From IMG/VR virus record IMGVR_UViG_2585427727_000006: a stretch of 5,535 bases of DNA, one strand, 5' to 3'. The notes beneath the pieces are model-generated. The model was not told the DNA's origin and did no database searches. It saw nothing but the letters and a program-made list of their open reading frames with translations. Below are positions 1 to 5,535 of the stretch, in pieces. The DNA comes from a virus. Taxonomy: Duplodnaviria; Heunggongvirae; Uroviricota; Caudoviricetes. Both the position numbers and the translations under genes were made by a program. The stretch's first letter is position 1, and every line of letters begins with the position of its first letter.

Positions 1-2
1 GC

Positions 3-680
3 TTCGTGGTAAGCACGCCGGAGGGGGAAAGATATTTCCCCTGCGTGAATATCTCCGGTGAGCCGGAGGCGTATTTCCGTATGTCGCCGGAAGACTGGCT
101 GCAGGCAGAAATGCAGGGTGAGATTGTGGCGCTGGTCCACAGCCACCCCGGTGGTCTGCCCTGGCTGAGTGAGGCCGACCGGCGGCTGCAGGTGCAGAGT
201 GATTTGCCGTGGTGGCTGGTCTGCCGGGGGACGATTCATAAGTTCCGCTGTGTGCCGCATCTCACCGGGCGTCGCTTTGAGCACGGGGTGACGGACTGTT
301 ACACGCTGTTCCGGGATGCTTATCATTTGGTGGGGATTGAGATGCAGGATTTTCATCGCGGGGATGACTGGTGGCGTAACGGTCAGAATCTCTATCTTGA
401 CAATATGGAGGCGACTGGTTTTTACCGTGTCGCACTGACAGAGGCGCAGCCTGGCGACGTGCTGCTGTGCTGCTTTGGTTCATCGGTGCCGAATCATGCC
501 GCCATTTACTGTGGTGACGGCGAGCTGCTGCACCATATTCCTGAACAACTGAGCAAACGAGAGAGGTATACCGACAAATGGCAGCGACGCACACACTCCC
601 TCTGGCGTCACCGGGCATGGCGCGCATCTGCCTTTACGGGGATTTACAACGATTTGGCCGCCGCATCGACCTTCGTGTGA
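3..680 (+). CDS. K: Tail tip assembly protein K (JAB/MPN plus NlpC/P60 domains), probably 5'-partial
   Basis: Reading frame is open from the window edge to TGA at 678-680. The translation carries a JAMM-type motif HSHPGGLPWLSEAD (HxH-x7-S-x2-D, nt ~138-182) and a downstream Cys/His arrangement typical of NlpC/P60 (GVTDCYTLF ... VPNHAAIYCG ... HH). Sequence is recognisably lambda gpK from memory. An internal ATG at 81 preceded by GGAGG (66-70) would give a 199-aa product, the length I recall for annotated lambda K, but that leaves too little sequence upstream of the HxH for a complete JAB domain, so the true start is probably upstream of the window. Confidence 0.9.
   Translation, partial: FVVSTPEGERYFPCVNISGEPEAYFRMSPEDWLQAEMQGEIVALVHSHPGGLPWLSEADRRLQVQSDLPWWLVCRGTIHKFRCVPHLTGRRFEHGVTDCYTLFRDAYHLVGIEMQDFHRGDDWWRNGQNLYLDNMEATGFYRVALTEAQPGDVLLCCFGSSVPNHAAIYCGDGELLHHIPEQLSKRERYTDKWQRRTHSLWRHRAWRASAFTGIYNDLAAASTFV
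561..566 (+). promoter_or_regulatory. Putative ribosome binding site for gene I (GAGAGG)
   Basis: Purine-rich GAGAGG lies 11 nt upstream of the I start codon at 578, inside the K coding sequence. Confidence 0.4.
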
Positions 681-1249
681 AAACGGGGGCTGAAGCCATT
701 CGGGCGCTGGCCACACAGCTCCCGGCGTTTCGTCAGAAACTGAGCGACGGCTGGTATCAGGTACGGATTTCCGGGCGGGACGTCAGCACGTCCGGATTGA
801 CGGCGCAGTTACATGAGGTTCTGCCTGACGGCGCTGTGATTCATATTGTTCCCAGAGTCGCCGGGGCCAAGTCAGGGGGCGTATTCCAGATTGTTCTGGG
901 GGCTGCCGCCATTGCCGGATCATTCTTTACTGCCGGAGCCACCCTTGCAGCATGGGGGGCAGCCATTGGGGCCGGTGGTATGACCGGTATCCTGTTTTCT
1001 CTCGGTGCCAGTATGGTACTTGGTGGTGTGGCGCAGATGCTGGCACCGAAAGCCAGAACTCCCCGTACACAGACAACGGATAACGGTAAGCAGAACACCT
1101 ATTTCTCCTCACTGGATAACATGGTTGCCCAGGGCAATGTTCTGCCTGTTCTGTACGGTGAAATGCGCGTGGGGTCGCGGGTGGCTTCTCAGGAGATCAG
1201 CACGGCAGACGAAGGGGATGGTGGTCAGGTTGTCGTGATTGGCCGCTGA
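578..1249 (+). CDS. I: Tail tip assembly protein I (ubiquitin-like N-terminal domain, Gly/Ala-rich hydrophobic C-terminal segment)
   Basis: 223-aa ORF from ATG 578 to TGA 1247-1249. It overlaps the 3' end of K by 103 nt in a different frame, as I recall for lambda K/I. Protein is recognisably lambda gpI from memory. Residues ~100-157 (nt ~875-1048) form a long Gly/Ala-rich hydrophobic stretch (GGVFQIVLGAAAIAGSFFTAGATLAAWGAAIGAGGMTGILFSLGASMVLGGVAQMLAP). Confidence 0.92.
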   Translation: MAATHTLPLASPGMARICLYGDLQRFGRRIDLRVKTGAEAIRALATQLPAFRQKLSDGWYQVRISGRDVSTSGLTAQLHEVLPDGAVIHIVPRVAGAKSGGVFQIVLGAAAIAGSFFTAGATLAAWGAAIGAGGMTGILFSLGASMVLGGVAQMLAPKARTPRTQTTDNGKQNTYFSSLDNMVAQGNVLPVLYGEMRVGSRVASQEISTADEGDGGQVVVIGR

Positions 1250-1267
1250 TGCAAAACATTTTATGTG

Positions 1268-1287
1268 AAACCGCCTGCGGGCGGTTT
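1268..1287 (+). other. GC-rich hairpin in the I-J intergenic region (stem AAACCGCC / GGCGGTTT, loop TGCG)
   Basis: Read directly: inverted repeat 1268-1275 / 1280-1287 with a 4-nt loop, followed by an interrupted T-tract (TTTTGTCGTTT). It sits 22 nt upstream of the J start. Confidence 0.35.
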
Positions 1288-1297
1288 TGTCGTTTAT

Positions 1298-1301
1298 GGA
1301 G
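1298..1301 (+). promoter_or_regulatory. Putative ribosome binding site for gene J (GGAG)
   Basis: GGAG lies 8 nt upstream of the J start codon at 1310. Confidence 0.5.
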
Positions 1302-1309
1302 CGTGACGA

Positions 1310-4300
1310 ATGGGTAAAGGCAGCAGTAAGGGGCATACCCCGCGCGAAGCGAAGGACAACCTGAAGTCCACGCAGCTGCTGAGTGTGATCGATGCCATCA
1401 GCGAAGGGCCGGTTGAAGGTCCGGTGGATGGATTAAAAAGCGTGCTGCTGAACAGTACGCCGGTGCTGGACAGTGAGGGGAATACCAATATCTCCGGCGT
1501 CACGGTGGTGTTCCGGGCAGGTGAGCAGGAGCAGACACCGCCGGAGGGGTTTGAATCCTCCGGCTCCGAGACGGTGCTGGGTACGGAAGTGAAATACGAC
1601 ACGCCGATCACCCGCACCATCACGTCGGCAAACATCGACCGTCTGCGCTTTACCTTCGGTGTGCAGGCACTGGTGGAAACCACCTCAAAGGGTGACAGGA
1701 ATCCGTCGGAAGTCCGCCTGCTGGTTCAGATACAACGTAACGGTGGCTGGGTGACGGAAAAAGACATCACCATTAAGGGCAAAACCACGTCGCAGTATCT
1801 GGCCTCGGTGGTGGTGGATAACCTGCCGCCACGCCCGTTTAATATCCGGATGCGCAGGATGACGCCGGACAGCACCACAGACCAGCTGCAGAACAAAACG
1901 CTCTGGTCGTCATACACCGAAATCATCGATGTGAAACAGTGCTACCCGAACACGGCACTGGTCGGCGTGCAGGTGGATTCGGAGCAGTTCGGCAGCCAGC
2001 AGGTGAGCCGTAATTATCATCTGCGCGGGCGTATTCTGCAGGTGCCGTCGAATTATAACCCGCAGACGCGGCAATACAGCGGTATCTGGGACGGAACGTT
2101 TAAACCGGCATACAGCAACAACATGGCCTGGTGTCTGTGGGATATGCTGACCCACCCGCGCTACGGCATGGGGAAACGTCTTGGTGCGGCGGATGTGGAT
2201 AAATGGGCGCTGTATGTCATCGGCCAGTACTGCGACCAGTCAGTGCCGGACGGCTTTGGCGGCACGGAGCCGCGCATCACCTGTAATGCGTACCTGACCA
2301 CACAGCGCAAGGCGTGGGATGTGCTCAGTGATTTCTGCTCGGCGATGCGCTGTATGCCGGTATGGAACGGGCAGACGCTGACGTTCGTGCAGGACCGACC
2401 ATCAGATAAGGTGTGGACCTATAACCGCAGTAATGTGGTGATGCCGGATGATGGCGCGCCGTTCCGCTACAGCTTCAGCGCCCTGAAGGACCGCCATAAT
2501 GCCGTTGAGGTGAACTGGATTGACCCGAACAACGGCTGGGAGACGGCGACAGAGCTCGTGGAGGATACGCAGGCCATTGCCCGTTACGGCCGTAACGTCA
2601 CGAAGATGGATGCCTTTGGCTGTACCAGTCGGGGGCAGGCACACCGCGCCGGGCTGTGGCTGATTAAAACGGAGCTGCTGGAAACGCAGACCGTGGACTT
2701 CAGCGTGGGTGCTGAAGGGCTTCGCCATGTACCGGGGGATGTCATTGAAATCTGCGATGATGACTATGCCGGTATCAGCATCGGTGGGCGTGTGCTGGCG
2801 GTGAACAGCCAGACCCGGACGCTGACGCTCGACCGTGAAATCACGCTGCCATCCTCCGGCACCACGCTGATAAGCCTGGTTGACGGGCAGGGGAATCCGG
2901 TCAGCGTGGAGGTCCAGTCCGTCACCGACGGTGTGAAGGTGAAAGTGAGCCGTGTTCCTGACGGCGTTGCCGGATACAGCGTGTGGGGGCTGAAGCTGCC
3001 GATGCTGCGCCAGCGCCTGTTCCGCTGTGTGAGTATCCGTGAGAACGATGACGGCACGTATGCCATCACTGCCGTGCAGCATGTACCGGAGAAAGAAGCC
3101 ATCGTGGATAACGGGGCGTACTTTGACGGCGACCAGAGCGGAACGGTGAACGGTGTCACGCCGCCCGCGGTGCAGCACCTGACTGCAGAAGTCACCGCAG
3201 ACAGCGGGGAATACCAGGTGCTGGCGCGCTGGGACACGCCGAAGGTGGTGAAGGGGGGGAGCTTTATGCTTCGCCTGACCGTGGCAGCGGATGACGGCAG
3301 TGAGCGGCTGGTCAGCACGGCCAGGACGACGGAAACCACATACCGCTTCAGGCAACTGGCGCTGGGGAACTACAAGCTGACAGTCCGGGCGGTAAATGCG
3401 TGGGGGCAGCAGGGGGATCCGGCGTCAGTATCGTTCCGGATTGCCGCACCGGCAGCGCCATCGCGGATTGAGCTGACGCCGGGCTATTTTCAGATAACCG
3501 CAACGCCGCATCTTGCCGTTTATGATCCGACGGTACAGTTTGAGTTCTGGTTCTCGGAAAAGCGGATTGCGGATATCAGGCAGGTTGAAGCCAGCGCGCG
3601 TTATCTTGGTACGGCGCTGTACTGGATAGCCGCCAGTATCAATATCAAACCGGGCCATGATTATTATTTTTACATTCGCAGTGTGAACACCGTTGGCAAA
3701 TCGGCATTTGTGGAGGCTGTTGGCCATCCGAGTGATGATGCATCCGGCTATCTGGATTTTTTCAAAGGAGAGATAGGGAAAACCCATCTGGCTCAGGAGT
3801 TGTGGACGCAGATTGATAACGGTCAGCTTGCGCCTGACCTGGCTGAAATCAGGACGTCCATTACGGATGTCAGCAATGAAATCACGCAGACCGTCAATAA
3901 GAAACTGGAAGACCAGAGTGCAGCGATCCAGCAGATACAGAAGGTTCAGGTTGATACAAATAATAACCTGAACAGCATGTGGGCTGTGAAGCTGCAGCAG
4001 ATGCAGGACGGACGCCTTTATATCGCGGGTATTGGTGCCGGTATTGAGAATACCCCTGACGGTATGCAGAGTCAGGTGCTGCTGGCGGCGGACAGGATTG
4101 CGATGATTAATCCTGCGAATGGCAATACAAAGCCGATGTTTGTTGGTCAGGGCGATCAGATATTTATGAATGAAGTGTTCCTGAAATATCTGACGGCTCC
4201 CACCATTACCAGTGGTGGCAGTCCTCCGGTATTTTCCCTGACACCGGACGGAAAGCTGACCGCTAAAAATGCGGATATCAGTGGTAGTGTGAATGCGAAC

Positions 4301-4807
4301 TCAGGAACGCTCAACAATGTCACGATTAACCAGAACTGTACGATTAAGGGCATGCTGGAGGCGACTCAGGTCAGAGGTGACTTCGTTAAAGCTGTATCCA
4401 AATCATTTCCGAAACAGGCTGGTACGTGGGGTAACACGGAAACACCAAACGGGACGGTTACAGTCACCATCAGCGATGATCATAACTTTGACCGTCAAAT
4501 CATTATTCCGCCCATTATCTTTAACGGAATAGCGTATAGCGATCCGGGAAGTGGTAATAACCCGGGAGGTACAAGATACACGGGTTATGGTTTTGAAGTT
4601 CGCAAAAACGGTGTATTAATCGCATCCAGAGAAACTAAAGGGGCCATTCCCGGTAGCTACAGTGCGGTTATTGATATGCCGAGTGGCAGGGGAAGCGTCA
4701 CTCTGGAGTTTAAGGTTTTCCATAAAGGCAATCAGTGGGCAGGTAATATCACCGACTGTACGGTGATTGTGACCAAAAAAGCCGCTTCCGGCATCAGTAT
4801 TCGTTGA
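1310..4807 (+). CDS. J: Host specificity protein J (central tail fiber / tail tip attachment protein), 1165 aa
   Basis: Single uninterrupted 3498-nt ORF from ATG 1310 to TGA 4805-4807. The protein is recognisably lambda gpJ-like over most of its length, including fibronectin-III-like repeats in the central part (aa ~620-800). The 61-nt I-J spacing matches what I recall for lambda. The C-terminal ~160 aa are related to but clearly diverged from the lambda receptor-binding region as I recall it, and the protein is ~33 aa longer than lambda J (1132 aa). Confidence 0.95.
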   Translation: MGKGSSKGHTPREAKDNLKSTQLLSVIDAISEGPVEGPVDGLKSVLLNSTPVLDSEGNTNISGVTVVFRAGEQEQTPPEGFESSGSETVLGTEVKYDTPITRTITSANIDRLRFTFGVQALVETTSKGDRNPSEVRLLVQIQRNGGWVTEKDITIKGKTTSQYLASVVVDNLPPRPFNIRMRRMTPDSTTDQLQNKTLWSSYTEIIDVKQCYPNTALVGVQVDSEQFGSQQVSRNYHLRGRILQVPSNYNPQTRQYSGIWDGTFKPAYSNNMAWCLWDMLTHPRYGMGKRLGAADVDKWALYVIGQYCDQSVPDGFGGTEPRITCNAYLTTQRKAWDVLSDFCSAMRCMPVWNGQTLTFVQDRPSDKVWTYNRSNVVMPDDGAPFRYSFSALKDRHNAVEVNWIDPNNGWETATELVEDTQAIARYGRNVTKMDAFGCTSRGQAHRAGLWLIKTELLETQTVDFSVGAEGLRHVPGDVIEICDDDYAGISIGGRVLAVNSQTRTLTLDREITLPSSGTTLISLVDGQGNPVSVEVQSVTDGVKVKVSRVPDGVAGYSVWGLKLPMLRQRLFRCVSIRENDDGTYAITAVQHVPEKEAIVDNGAYFDGDQSGTVNGVTPPAVQHLTAEVTADSGEYQVLARWDTPKVVKGGSFMLRLTVAADDGSERLVSTARTTETTYRFRQLALGNYKLTVRAVNAWGQQGDPASVSFRIAAPAAPSRIELTPGYFQITATPHLAVYDPTVQFEFWFSEKRIADIRQVEASARYLGTALYWIAASINIKPGHDYYFYIRSVNTVGKSAFVEAVGHPSDDASGYLDFFKGEIGKTHLAQELWTQIDNGQLAPDLAEIRTSITDVSNEITQTVNKKLEDQSAAIQQIQKVQVDTNNNLNSMWAVKLQQMQDGRLYIAGIGAGIENTPDGMQSQVLLAADRIAMINPANGNTKPMFVGQGDQIFMNEVFLKYLTAPTITSGGSPPVFSLTPDGKLTAKNADISGSVNANSGTLNNVTINQNCTIKGMLEATQVRGDFVKAVSKSFPKQAGTWGNTETPNGTVTVTISDDHNFDRQIIIPPIIFNGIAYSDPGSGNNPGGTRYTGYGFEVRKNGVLIASRETKGAIPGSYSAVIDMPSGRGSVTLEFKVFHKGNQWAGNITDCTVIVTKKAASGISIR

Positions 4808-4828
4808 AATTGTTATAACCCATATAAG

Positions 4829-4852
4829 GGCACCAGAAATGGTGCCTTTTTT
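4829..4852 (+). terminator. Putative intrinsic terminator downstream of J
   Basis: Perfect 6-bp GC-rich stem GGCACC (4829-4834) / GGTGCC (4841-4846) with loop AGAAAT, immediately followed by TTTTTTATT (4847 onward). Lies 22 nt after the J stop codon. Confidence 0.6.
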
Positions 4853-4865
4853 ATTGCAGAAAAGC

Positions 4866-4871
4866 GAGAGG
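4866..4871 (+). promoter_or_regulatory. Putative ribosome binding site for lom (GAGAGG)
   Basis: GAGAGG lies 5 nt upstream of the ATG at 4877. Confidence 0.5.
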
Positions 4872-4876
4872 TAATT

Positions 4877-5476
4877 ATGCGTAAACTTTATGCCGCCATT
4901 TTGTCCGCAGCCATTTGTCTGGCCGTATCCGGTGCGCCTGCATGGGCATCTGAACATCAGTCCACGCTGAGCGCGGGGTATCTTCATGCCTTGACGAACG
5001 TTCCCGGCAGCGATGATCTTAACGGGATTAACGTGAAATACCGTTATGAGTTTACGGACACACTGGGGCTGGTGACGTCATTCAGCTATGCAGGAGACAA
5101 GAATCGCCAGCTTACCCGTTACAGCGATACCCGCTGGCATGAAGATTCCGTGCGTAACCGCTGGTTCAGCGTGATGGCGGGGCCGTCTGTGCGCGTGAAT
5201 GAATGGTTCAGCGCGTATGCGATGGCGGGTATGGCTTACAGCCGTGTTTCGACTTTCTCCGGAGATTATCTTCGCGTAACTGACAACAAGGGGAAAAAGC
5301 ACGATGTGCTGACCGGAAGTGATGACGGTCGCCACAGCAACACGTCTCTGGCGTGGGGGGCTGGCGTGCAGTTTAACCCGACCGAATCCGTGGCCATTGA
5401 TATTGCTTATGAAGGCTCCGGCAGTGGTGACTGGCGCACTGACGGTTTCATCGTGGGTGTCGGTTATAAATTCTGA
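4877..5476 (+). CDS. lom: Lom-family outer membrane beta-barrel protein (Ail/Lom/OmpX/PagC family)
   Basis: 199-aa ORF from ATG 4877 to TGA 5474-5476. N-terminal signal peptide [24 protein letters not shown] with an AxA cleavage site. Alternating hydrophobic beta-strand pattern and a C-terminus ...[23 protein letters not shown] ending in aromatic-x-aromatic, typical of OM beta-barrels and matching the lambda Lom C-terminus as I recall it. Position directly downstream of J matches lambda gene order. Confidence 0.92.
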
Positions 5477-5502
5477 TTAGCCAGGTAACACAGTGTTATG
5501 AC

Positions 5503-5530
5503 AGCCCGCCGGTTCAGGCGGGCTTTTTTG
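5503..5530 (+). terminator. Putative intrinsic terminator downstream of lom
   Basis: 8-bp stem AGCCCGCC (5503-5510) / GGCGGGCT (5517-5524) with loop GGTTCA, followed by a T-run (5524-5529). Lies 27 nt after the lom stop codon. Confidence 0.7.
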
Positions 5531-5535
5531 TGGGG

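Noticed and set aside
841-1112. Two short minus-strand ORFs (85 and 61 aa) inside gene I, and the + strand 77-aa ORF at 1005-1238
   Set aside because: They are embedded in the I coding region in other frames, with Pro/Ala/Arg-rich or Trp/Arg-rich translations typical of off-frame artefacts.
1294-1683. 129-aa minus-strand ORF overlapping the J start
   Set aside because: It is antisense to the J 5' end and intergenic hairpin, with a low-complexity Ser/Thr/Pro-rich translation. No support as a gene.
2402-3355. 317-aa ORF on the minus strand (and the nested 191-aa ORF at 2764-3339), antisense to J
   Set aside because: It lies entirely within the well-supported J coding sequence. Its translation is rich in Arg, Pro, Ala and His with no recognisable domain, which is typical of spurious antisense frames in GC-rich genes. 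No RBS or start context was seen.
4293-4532. 79-aa + strand ORF in an alternative frame within J
   Set aside because: Arg-rich off-frame translation inside a strongly supported gene, with no independent signal.
4804-4828. Possible sigma70 promoter for lom (TTGAAA at 4804-4809 with TATAAG at 4823-4828)
   Set aside because: Spacing between the hexamers is ~13 nt, well short of the 16-18 nt optimum, and the element would sit upstream of the terminator hairpin. I could not find a convincing -35/-10 pair between the terminator and the lom start, so no promoter is called.
4616-4987. 123-aa minus-strand ORF spanning the J-lom junction
   Set aside because: It would read through the J terminator hairpin and antisense across the lom signal-peptide region. 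The translation has no recognisable features and is most likely an artefact.
1-5535. Chi sites (GCTGGTGG or its complement), CRISPR repeats, DGR template/variable repeat pairs, tRNA or other structured RNA genes, insertion-sequence ends
   Set aside because: Manual scanning found only near-matches to Chi (for example ACTGGTGG near 1665), no direct or inverted repeats longer than the terminator stems, and no region outside the four CDSs large enough to hold an RNA gene or mobile element.

Overview
This window is the distal end of a lambda-like (lambdoid siphovirus) tail gene module, all on the + strand: the 3' part of tail tip assembly gene K, gene I (overlapping K out of frame), the 1165-aa host-specificity/central tail fiber gene J, and a lom-family outer membrane protein gene flanked by intrinsic terminators. 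Gene order, spacing and protein sequences are recognisably those of the phage lambda K-I-J-lom region, so this is most likely a lambdoid phage or prophage of an enterobacterial host. I do not see a defence island, CRISPR array, RNA gene, transposon or any other previously undescribed system. The most notable real signals are a diverged receptor-binding C-terminus of J with an abrupt drop in GC, the moron-like lom cassette, and an ambiguity in the K start. All six-frame ORFs on the minus strand look like artefacts of GC-rich coding sequence. Every homology statement rests on recall of lambda proteins, not on a database search.
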